Under the pieces are notes generated by a model that was not told the origin of the DNA, did no database searches, and saw only the letters and a list, made by a program, of their open reading frames with translations. 64,000 nt of DNA from a bacterium (GTDB lineage Bacteria; Bacteroidota; Ignavibacteria; Kapaibacteriales; Kapaibacteriaceae), in assembly GCA_036840065.1 (NCBI GenBank), contig DAITZZ010000005.1:4104-68103 (forward strand). The letters run 5' to 3'. Both the position numbers and the translations under genes were made by a program. Positions 54,480 to 61,919 of the stretch are shown one piece after another (the stretch's first letter is position 1; every line of letters begins with the position of its first letter).

Positions 54480-55351
54480 CACAGTTCGTAGCGTCCCCGG
54501 GAAAGCCCATATGAATCGAACATTTCGACGGAAAGTTCCGCACCTCGTGCGCGCATCAGGGCAAATCCCCCGCCAGTATAGGAAAGCTCTGTGTTGGGTC
54601 CCGGGCGTGATGGCCGCTCGCCGCCGCCCCCTCCGGAGACGAGACAGGCAAAGCGATCACCCGGATCGCGGATCAGCTGCATGTCGTGCTCGTGTCCGCA
54701 CAGGTAGGCCTGCACGGAATGCTTATCGAGAAGGGGCTTGAGATTCTTCACAAGGATCTGCGTATCGCCGTAGTGTCCGTAGCTGCGCAGCGGATGATGT
54801 CCAACAACGACCTTCAGCGAAGCGGGCTCTTCAGACAGCGATCGATCCAGCCACGCGAGCTGGTCTCGCCACTGGGAAGCCCCCTGCACCATAGGCGTAG
54901 TATCAAGAGCCAGAATAGCCAGTTTGGTTACAGCGTCAACATTCAAATTCTGTCGCCACGTGCGGCCGGGCATGTTCCACAGGGGGTTGACATTGGCATA
55001 GGCGATCTGCGCATCGGGCTCACCACGATGGTCATGATTGCCCAGTGCGGCCCACCATGGAAGGCCGAGCTCGGCGTAGATCTTCTCAAACTTGGTCTTC
55101 CATTGCGGGTCGGCCGCCGAGGTGACCCCATTGGGATAGATGTTGTCGCCCGTGCTTACCACAAACGTCGCATTGCTCTTGCGCGCCACCTTCGTCATGG
55201 AGGCAGCCACCCGACGTTGCAGAGCGCCGCCCGTTCCCCAGTCACCCACCACGAGGAAGGCAAGCTCCTGCGGTGCAAACATTTCGGTCCAGCCCTTTGC
55301 TGAAAGGGGCACGGCAGCAAGCGCGGTTGCAAGGAAATGTCGACGGTTCAT
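54479..55351 (-). CDS. Metallophosphoesterase, purple/tartrate-resistant acid phosphatase type 5 (ACP5)-like, with a twin-arginine signal
   Basis: MNRRHFLATALAAVPLSA (RRxFL Tat motif). Metal-ligand motifs are VVGDWGTGG, TGDNIYPNG, LGNHDHRG and CGHEHDMQ. Confidence 0.85.
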   Translation of the reverse strand: MNRRHFLATALAAVPLSAKGWTEMFAPQELAFLVVGDWGTGGALQRRVAASMTKVARKSNATFVVSTGDNIYPNGVTSAADPQWKTKFEKIYAELGLPWWAALGNHDHRGEPDAQIAYANVNPLWNMPGRTWRQNLNVDAVTKLAILALDTTPMVQGASQWRDQLAWLDRSLSEEPASLKVVVGHHPLRSYGHYGDTQILVKNLKPLLDKHSVQAYLCGHEHDMQLIRDPGDRFACLVSGGGGGERPSRPGPNTELSYTGGGFALMRARGAELSVEMFDSYGLSRGRYEL

Positions 55352-55377
55352 GCGGCAGCAAAGTACGATATTCGCAT

Positions 55378-55920
55378 GTGCGTAAGCTCACCCACGAAGA
55401 ACTGGTAACGCGTCGACTCTCTCCGGAGCAGGCTTCGTCGGCCGCCCGACATCCCATCGGCGTGCTACTGCACGACATCCGTAGTCTCTACAACGTTGGG
55501 TCCATCTTCCGCACCTGTGACGCGTTTCGCATCGACCACGTGTATCTGACCGGCTTTACACCCCGTCCGCCCCGCACAGAGATCTCCAAGACGGCTCTGG
55601 GCGCTGAACTCGTTGTGCCCCACTCCTACCATCCGTCGGCCGCAGAGCTCATCGGTTCACTTCGTGACAAGGGGCATTGCATTGCCGCCGCCGAGATCAC
55701 CGATGACTCCCGCGATGCCGACAGCCTGGTTGCCACGGACTTCCCGATGGTCATCATCCTCGGTAATGAGCTTACGGGCGTGCCCGACGAGCTTCTCGGG
55801 CTGTGTCATATGGCCATCGAGATACCGATGTACGGGACCAAGCACTCACTGAACGTTTCTGTCGCCGCCGGCGTTCTGCTGGCGGCCATCACCGCACGCT
55901 ACCGCGAGGAATCTGCATGA
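55378..55920 (+). CDS. SpoU/TrmH-family RNA 2'-O-methyltransferase
   Basis: LYNVGSIFRTCDAF, IILGNELTGV and IPMYGTKHSLNVSVAAGVLL motifs. The GTG at 55378 is the most plausible start; the ORF-track start at 55273 overlaps the divergent phosphatase gene. Confidence 0.85.
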   Translation: MRKLTHEELVTRRLSPEQASSAARHPIGVLLHDIRSLYNVGSIFRTCDAFRIDHVYLTGFTPRPPRTEISKTALGAELVVPHSYHPSAAELIGSLRDKGHCIAAAEITDDSRDADSLVATDFPMVIILGNELTGVPDELLGLCHMAIEIPMYGTKHSLNVSVAAGVLLAAITARYREESA

Positions 55921-56654
55921 CGATCGCCATCCCTGACGGATCGCTGTTCGAACCACTCACCCAAAACATCGAAGCCGTCTGCGCCGCTCGCGGCATTGCG
56001 GTGCGCCGGACATCCTTGGACGATTGCGGCGAGCTCCTGCTGGCTAACCTTGTCGAGGCGGCCCTGGTCTCGCCCCTTGGCTACGGCGCCGGCGTCGGAC
56101 GTGTCGACTATCGGATCGTTGGAGGTCCGTGCCTGTCCATTCAGGACTACACCCATGTGTACGGGGCGGACTTCAGCCCCGGCAGCTCCGAACTGTCGAG
56201 CTTCGATGCCGACGAGCCCTCGTCGTACCTGTCAACGATGATGCGTCTGACCATGTCGGAGAAGTTCGACGTGGAGCTCCGCCAGGTGGATGCCTCGCAA
56301 CCGGCCGATTGCCGGATCGGTCAGCCCCCTGCCTCTACTTCACAGGCACTGGATCTGGGTGAAGAGTGGTTCGATCTGGCCGAGGCCCCGCTGCCGATCG
56401 CTCTGTGGGTTATCCGCGTTGATGCCGAGCTGCCGGATTTCGATGCTCTGGTGCGCGAGGCTGCCGGCCCTGACGCCGAACGTCCCGTGAGTGAGATCGT
56501 GCCGATGCATGCCGATCACGCTCCTCGGGAGGGGGCGATCCTCTACCGCTGGTCCGAGTCCGTTGAAGAAGGTCTTGTTGCCGCTCTCAACGCACTGTAC
56601 TTCCACCAGCTACTTCGGGAGATCCCCGCCGTAAAGCTCTTCGGTCGCGACTGA
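55917..56654 (+). CDS. mqnA: MqnA-like protein (chorismate dehydratase of the futalosine menaquinone pathway), tentative
   Basis: ATGA overlap with the upstream stop. Periplasmic-binding-protein-like pattern with LVEAALVSPLGY, YRIVGGPCLSI and especially DLGEEWFDLAEAPLPIALWVIR, which resembles the MqnA DLG..W...TGLPFVFA.W motif. Not verified by search. Confidence 0.5.
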   Translation: MTIAIPDGSLFEPLTQNIEAVCAARGIAVRRTSLDDCGELLLANLVEAALVSPLGYGAGVGRVDYRIVGGPCLSIQDYTHVYGADFSPGSSELSSFDADEPSSYLSTMMRLTMSEKFDVELRQVDASQPADCRIGQPPASTSQALDLGEEWFDLAEAPLPIALWVIRVDAELPDFDALVREAAGPDAERPVSEIVPMHADHAPREGAILYRWSESVEEGLVAALNALYFHQLLREIPAVKLFGRD

Positions 56655-56675
56655 CACCAGCTGACGTTCCTCCCG

Positions 56676-56683
56676 TATTTTTG
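56676..56683 (+). promoter_or_regulatory. TAnnTTTG (-7 type) box upstream of the transaldolase gene
   Basis: Exact TATTTTTG, 29 nt before the ATG at 56713. AAGGAG lies at 56697..56702. Confidence 0.45.
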
Positions 56684-56712
56684 TCCCCACACCACAAAGG
56701 AGATCACCACCC

Positions 56713-57363
56713 ATGCAGATCTACGTCGACAGTGCCAACCTGAAAGAGATCCAGCATGCCGCCTCGATGGGCTTCATCAGCGGCGTCACAACCAACCCAT
56801 CACTGCTGGCCAAGGAAGATCCATCGACGAACATCAAGGATCTGATCCTGAAGATTCACGAGTCCGTCGGCGGACACACCAGCGTCGAGGTCATCAGCAC
56901 CGACACCGAAGGGATGCTGCGCGAGGCCGATGAGATCCTCTCGTGGTTTCCTGAGGCTACCATCAAGATCCCGTTCATCCCGGCCGGTCTGGCCGCAGTA
57001 CGCAACCTCAGCGATCGGGGCATCCCGACGAATGTGACCCTGCTGTTCACGGCAAACCAGGCGCTGATCGCCGCAAATGCCGGAGCTACCTACGTGAGCT
57101 TGTTCATGGGGCGACTCGATGATATCGGTACCGACAGTCTCATTGCCCTGCAGGACACGTGCGAGATATGGGACGCCCAGGGTCTGGACTCGCAGATCAT
57201 TGCTGCTTCGATCCGCACGCCGATCCACCTATTGGAATGCGCCAAGGCCGGAGCTCACATCGCAACGGTTCCGTACAAGGTTCTGATGCAGTCAATGAAG
57301 CACCCTCTTACCGATGCCGGTCTGGAAGCGTTCCTCAAGGACGCTGCCAAGATCTCGATGTAA
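56713..57363 (+). CDS. tal: Transaldolase / fructose-6-phosphate aldolase (short TalC/Fsa subfamily)
   Basis: MQIYVDSANLKEI, GVTTNPSLL and Schiff-base lysine context ATIKIPF; 216 aa. Confidence 0.93.
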   Translation: MQIYVDSANLKEIQHAASMGFISGVTTNPSLLAKEDPSTNIKDLILKIHESVGGHTSVEVISTDTEGMLREADEILSWFPEATIKIPFIPAGLAAVRNLSDRGIPTNVTLLFTANQALIAANAGATYVSLFMGRLDDIGTDSLIALQDTCEIWDAQGLDSQIIAASIRTPIHLLECAKAGAHIATVPYKVLMQSMKHPLTDAGLEAFLKDAAKISM

Positions 57364-57367
57364 CGTC

Positions 57368-57871
57368 ATGCGCCTGCTGTTCATCACCACAGTCGTCGCC
57401 GTCATCACCGTTGCCGCAGTCGCCTTTTCGGTAGACCATGCCATCGGCAAGAGAGCCAAGGAGTTCGTGCTCCTTGATCAGTACGAAAAGGAATGGTCGT
57501 GGACGAAGAACTGCAAGGGTCGACCCACCGTCATGGTCCTGAGCGACTGGAAGGGCAGTGACTACACGGCGGCCTGGACAGACCCACTCGTTGCCCGCTT
57601 TAAGGACCGGGTGCAGTTTGTTGCTCTTGCCGATGTCTCCATGGCTCCGGGCTTTCTCGAAGGATATCTCCGATCACGTTTTCGCGACGCGTACAAGACG
57701 CCGATTCTACTTGACTTCGAAGGAGAGATCTTCGAGTACTACAAGTTCGTCTCCGGGGTCCCGAACGTTCTCTTCATCGATGCCTCAGGCACGGTGCGCC
57801 TGCATACGTGGGGTAAGGGCTCGAACGAAAGTGTCAACTCGCTGATCGAGAACATCTCAAAGATTCTCTAA
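57368..57871 (+). CDS. Membrane-anchored thioredoxin-fold (redoxin-like) protein lacking the CxxC motif
   Basis: N-terminal TM anchor MRLLFITTVVAVITVAAVAF. The redoxin-like layout shows PTVMVLSDWKGSDY where CxxC would sit, and a later VPNVLFIDASGTV (cis-Pro loop-like). The family is not confirmed. Confidence 0.5.
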   Translation: MRLLFITTVVAVITVAAVAFSVDHAIGKRAKEFVLLDQYEKEWSWTKNCKGRPTVMVLSDWKGSDYTAAWTDPLVARFKDRVQFVALADVSMAPGFLEGYLRSRFRDAYKTPILLDFEGEIFEYYKFVSGVPNVLFIDASGTVRLHTWGKGSNESVNSLIENISKIL

Positions 57872-57889
57872 GCCCCATTCCAGAGCCAC

Positions 57890-58576
57890 ATGCCAGCGAT
57901 CGTAGATAAGGCAGCCAAACGTGCACAGATCGTGCTGCATGCGGCCGAAGTGTTCTCGCAGACGGGATATCATACGACGAAGATGGCCGACATTGCTCAG
58001 GCTGCCGGCATCGGCAAGGGAACGATCTACGAGTACTTCGCAACAAAGGAGCAGCTCTTTCTTGCCGTCTACGATGCATGGATGAGTCAGTACGAGTTGA
58101 TCGTGCGTCAACGCGTCGACGAGGCATCGGATGCCCTCTCGAAGGTGGACGCTGTGCGCGACAGTGCGGTGGAATTCTACGAGTCACGTGCTGCCCAGGC
58201 CCCGCTGCTGCTGGAATTCTGGGCGCACGCCCTGCGCACAGACAACCCCGCATTTCTCGAGCGCATCAATGCAACGCGCGAATTCCTGCGTTCCATCGGA
58301 CGTCAGCTTACCCATGAACTGGTGCGTGCCGGATGGTTCCGTGATGTTGACGTTAACGCCTTCACGGATCTCGAGGCGGGTATGTCTGACGGGATCTTCC
58401 TGACATGGGTTCTGGAAGGTCGAGGCTTTCCGCTCGACAAGGCCTTTACATTTCGGCAGAGCGTCATCGGTCTTGGGCTACTGGCTCCGGATACGCGACT
58501 GTTGCTCGAAGAGCGCCTCGGTGCAAAGCTCCGCAAGGGCTTTGGCGCTACCACGCGATCGAAAACATCACGATAA
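57890..58576 (+). CDS. TetR/AcrR family transcriptional regulator
   Basis: HTH region AAEVFSQTGYHTTKMADIAQAAGIGKGTIYEYFATKEQLF. Confidence 0.9.
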   Translation: MPAIVDKAAKRAQIVLHAAEVFSQTGYHTTKMADIAQAAGIGKGTIYEYFATKEQLFLAVYDAWMSQYELIVRQRVDEASDALSKVDAVRDSAVEFYESRAAQAPLLLEFWAHALRTDNPAFLERINATREFLRSIGRQLTHELVRAGWFRDVDVNAFTDLEAGMSDGIFLTWVLEGRGFPLDKAFTFRQSVIGLGLLAPDTRLLLEERLGAKLRKGFGATTRSKTSR

Positions 58577-59687
58577 GCGCGCCGACCATCACGGCTCTCA
58601 AACGTCGGCGTGTCGATTCCGCCATTGCGGCGTGCTGATACTTGTCGATCAGCCATGCCAGAGCGAGCGTGGCAACGAGGATAACCAGCAACACGGCAAG
58701 CCCCTTGCCCAGCGTCATCGACTTAGCCTGCGTGCGCCCGATACCATCCCACCAGGGCGTGCCGAAGAGCAGCACCACATGAATAACGTAGATGTAGAGA
58801 GATTTTGATCCGAAGAGGATATAGGCCGAACGCAGAGTCCATGTCGCTCTCAAGAGCTTTACCGCTCCGGCGAAGATCACGAGCACAGCTCCGAACCGCG
58901 CAGCAACGAGCAGAACGCTGTCGGCATTATCGATCGAGCTCTGTGGCACACCCATTGCCACGAGTCCGTAGAGCAATCCGTATCCCAGAAGCGTCAATGG
59001 TACACCGAACCTCACGCCCATCTGCACGAGTCGTGCATCACGCGCTTCGGCCGGCAGCGCATGCAGGTGTGCTCCGATGACAACGCCAAGGAACAGGTAG
59101 CTGGCAAAGGGAAAGAATGGAAACAGCGAGCCGTACTGCGACGTCAGGTATGGTTGCAGCCACATCGGCAGCATCGCGTGCACGGCGTCAAGATGGGCAA
59201 GGGGCGAGCAGGCCAGGATCATCGCCACGGCCAGCGCTGCACGACGCCCCATGTCGGCAACCGAGCGTGTAGTCTGCATCAGGGCAACAAAGACGATCAT
59301 TGCCGCACCGACCAGCTGGAGAATGTTCACCGCAAAGAACGTATGCCATCCCTCAGTGGCCACATACGGCAGGTCGATCACGCGCTTACCCGGAAACACC
59401 AGCAGATAACCGATCACCAGGATCGTTACCGCCCATCTCATGCGGCGCTCAAGCGTAGAGGCCTGTATACGTCCCTCGGCGTCACGCTTGGCAGCAAACA
59501 CATGAACAGCGCCCGAAACGGTAAGGAAGACCGGAGCGGTCAGCCCCCTGATCCAACTCCAGATGTTCCATGGTGGCTCAGTGACATCGATCACGCTCGG
59601 CATCACCAACGCGTCAAGCACATGCCCCTGGATCATCAGGAGCATCGCAACGAAACGGGCAAGATCAAGAGCATACAGACGTGACAT
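58548..59687 (-). CDS. Integral membrane acyltransferase-3 / DUF1624-like protein (second paralogue-type in the window)
   Basis: LDLARFVAMLLMIQGHV N-terminal signature and about 10 hydrophobic segments. It is divergent from crtI. Confidence 0.7.
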   Translation of the reverse strand: MSRLYALDLARFVAMLLMIQGHVLDALVMPSVIDVTEPPWNIWSWIRGLTAPVFLTVSGAVHVFAAKRDAEGRIQASTLERRMRWAVTILVIGYLLVFPGKRVIDLPYVATEGWHTFFAVNILQLVGAAMIVFVALMQTTRSVADMGRRAALAVAMILACSPLAHLDAVHAMLPMWLQPYLTSQYGSLFPFFPFASYLFLGVVIGAHLHALPAEARDARLVQMGVRFGVPLTLLGYGLLYGLVAMGVPQSSIDNADSVLLVAARFGAVLVIFAGAVKLLRATWTLRSAYILFGSKSLYIYVIHVVLLFGTPWWDGIGRTQAKSMTLGKGLAVLLVILVATLALAWLIDKYQHAAMAESTRRRLRAVMVGALIVMFSIAW

Positions 59688-59732
59688 CAGGCAAAAATCG
59701 GTCTTTCCAACGGAACCCTCTCCGGCTACCCG

Positions 59733-59740
59733 TATGTTTG
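59733..59740 (+). promoter_or_regulatory. TAnnTTTG (-7 type) box upstream of crtI
   Basis: Exact TATGTTTG, 33 nt before the GTG start at 59774. Confidence 0.4.
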
Positions 59741-59773
59741 TCCCCTACGTCGAACATCCATAGGACATCTGCC

Positions 59774-61246
59774 GTGAAGGTCATCGTCATCGGAAGTGGT
59801 TTTGGCGGTCTCACGGCCGCTATTCGTCTGCGCGCCAAAGGCTACGAAGTCGAGATCGTTGAAAAGCGCGACAAACCGGGCGGCAGAGCGTACGTGTACG
59901 AGCAGGATGGCTTTGTGTTCGACGGCGGACCGACGATCATCACCGCTCCATGGCTGATCCACGAGCTTTTTGAGCTGTGCGGTAAGAAGACCGACGACTA
60001 CGTGAAGATCGTTCCGATCGATCCGTTCTACAATGTGCGCTTCCAGGACGGAACAGTATTCCGATACAATGGCAAGCGCGAAGAGGTCATCGAGCAGATT
60101 CGCTCCTTCAATCCGGACGACGTCAAAGGCTACGAGCGATTCTATGCCAAGACTGCCGCGATCTTCAAGGCCGGATTCAATCTCATTGATCAGCCGTTCA
60201 CGCACCTGACCGACATGTTGAAGGTACTGCCGGACCTCATCAGGCTACGGTCCGACAGAAGCGTTGCCGCTTTCGTAAACTCTCATATAAAAGACCCTCG
60301 ACTGCGTCAGGTGTTTTCGTTTCATCCCCTACTGGTCGGTGGCAACCCGTTCCAGACAACCAGCATCTATGCACTCATCCACAAGCTTGAGCAGGAATGG
60401 GGCGTGTGGTTCGCCATGGGCGGAACGGGCGCACTTGTCAAAGCGCTGGTCAAGCTGTTTCAGGATATTGGTGGAACCATCCGCTACAACAGTGAAGTCG
60501 ACCGGATGCTGATCGAGGAAGTGGATGGAAAGCCCCACGCACGCGGAGTACGCCTTGCCTCGGGTGAGGAGATCCCTGCCGACATCGTCGTTTGCAACGC
60601 CGACGTGGCGCAGGCATATCTGTCGCTGATCCCACCGGTCTACCGCAAGCACAACACCAACAAGAAGATCTCGAAGATGCGCTACTCGATGTCGCTCTTT
60701 GTGATGTACTTCGGCACCAACAGACAGTACCACGATATTGCCCACCATGAGATCCTGATGGGGCCGCGCTACCGTGAGCTCGTCGAGGACATCTTTACGC
60801 GGAAACATCTGGCCGACGACTTCTCGTTGTATTTGCACCGTCCCACGGCAACCGATCCATCGCTCGCTCCGGAGGGATGCGATTCGTGGTACGTGCTTTC
60901 GCCGGTGCCGCATCTTGAATCGGGCACGGACTGGAATCAGATGCGAACGGTCTATCGTGACCGGATCGTAGCTGAACTTGAGCGTCGGTACATGCCTGAT
61001 CTTTCCAAGCACATTGTCAGCGAACACATCATCGATCCACTGCACTTTCGAGACACGCTCAACTCCTACCTGGGAAGTGCATTTTCTGTCGAGCCGATCC
61101 TGTTGCAGAGCGCTTGGTGGCGTCCGCACAACAAGAGCGAAGACATCGAGGATCTCTTCTTTGTCGGCGCCGGGACGCACCCCGGGGCAGGTCTTCCGGG
61201 AGTGATGAGTAGCGGAACGATCGCCTCACGGATGATCTCCGCCTAA
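59774..61246 (+). CDS. crtI: Phytoene desaturase (CrtI family)
   Basis: VIVIGSGFGGLTAAIRL and DKPGGRAYVYEQDGFVFDGGPT closely parallel bacterial CrtI. The C-terminal motif is FFVGAGTHPGAGLPGV. The GTG start at 59774 is in frame with the ORF-track start at 59681. Confidence 0.93.
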   Translation: MKVIVIGSGFGGLTAAIRLRAKGYEVEIVEKRDKPGGRAYVYEQDGFVFDGGPTIITAPWLIHELFELCGKKTDDYVKIVPIDPFYNVRFQDGTVFRYNGKREEVIEQIRSFNPDDVKGYERFYAKTAAIFKAGFNLIDQPFTHLTDMLKVLPDLIRLRSDRSVAAFVNSHIKDPRLRQVFSFHPLLVGGNPFQTTSIYALIHKLEQEWGVWFAMGGTGALVKALVKLFQDIGGTIRYNSEVDRMLIEEVDGKPHARGVRLASGEEIPADIVVCNADVAQAYLSLIPPVYRKHNTNKKISKMRYSMSLFVMYFGTNRQYHDIAHHEILMGPRYRELVEDIFTRKHLADDFSLYLHRPTATDPSLAPEGCDSWYVLSPVPHLESGTDWNQMRTVYRDRIVAELERRYMPDLSKHIVSEHIIDPLHFRDTLNSYLGSAFSVEPILLQSAWWRPHNKSEDIEDLFFVGAGTHPGAGLPGVMSSGTIASRMISA

Positions 61247-61911
61247 TCGGTCCAGACGGCTTCAAACAGAAGACTGCCAACGGCGGTGATGATCCCAACG
61301 TGGGCGGTCATCAGACCTAGGTCACCCCACACATCCGCCCAGTCCAGACCGGCCAGAGCTATGAGTGTGGCCTGTACGCCCGGCATGATCAGTGGCAGCA
61401 GCACGGGAAAGGCAAGGATGGGCAGCAGGGCCTGCTTCGATCCGGCCTTGGCAACGATGGCCGACGTGATGGTCGTTACGGAGGCCAGACCGATGCTGGC
61501 AAGCACGACGACAGTGATCAGCAGCATTACGGCCCCGATGGTGAGCGAGGGCACAAGAAGCGCCATCAGCATGACGACGAGCAGATTTGAGGCAACGGCA
61601 AGGATGGTGTTAGCCGTGAGTTTGCCGATGTAGATCGACGACGGCGTGGCACTGAGCTGAAGGTAGAGAGCCGTTCCACGTTCTTCCTCGCTGATAAAGC
61701 CCCTTGCCAGACCCGTCATCGCCGTAAAGAACATCACGACCCAGAGTACGGCCGAGATGATAGGTCGAGGTATTGCCTCGTCGGCCGTTGAGATGGCAAC
61801 AAGGATGACGGCGGTAACGACGAAGAGCGATAGCGATGTGATGCCGTAGCGCGTGCGGATCTCCGAGCGAAGATCCTTTTCGAGAACGGCAAGCCAGCCA
61901 GCCCTGACCAT
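61243..61911 (-). CDS. ccmB: CcmB-like heme exporter permease (ABC-2 type), with no adjacent ATPase
   Basis: LEKDLRSEIRTRYG, FISEEERGTALYLQLS and LLPILAFPVLLPLIMPG follow the CcmB pattern; six hydrophobic segments. The ATG at 61911 lies 8 nt after the upstream stop. Confidence 0.7.
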   Translation of the reverse strand: MVRAGWLAVLEKDLRSEIRTRYGITSLSLFVVTAVILVAISTADEAIPRPIISAVLWVVMFFTAMTGLARGFISEEERGTALYLQLSATPSSIYIGKLTANTILAVASNLLVVMLMALLVPSLTIGAVMLLITVVVLASIGLASVTTITSAIVAKAGSKQALLPILAFPVLLPLIMPGVQATLIALAGLDWADVWGDLGLMTAHVGIITAVGSLLFEAVWTD

Positions 61912-61919
61912 GACGTTGG

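Noticed and set aside
55352-55377. Only 26 nt between the divergent start codons of the phosphatase and the SpoU methyltransferase, considered as a sign of misannotation or a shared regulatory palindrome.
   Set aside because: No palindrome or TAnnTTTG box is present; only TA-n-TTTG-like near matches occur. The spoU start is a GTG chosen by default because there is no downstream Met before conserved motifs. The short spacer more likely means that the promoters lie within neighbouring coding sequence. There is nothing further to support a finding.
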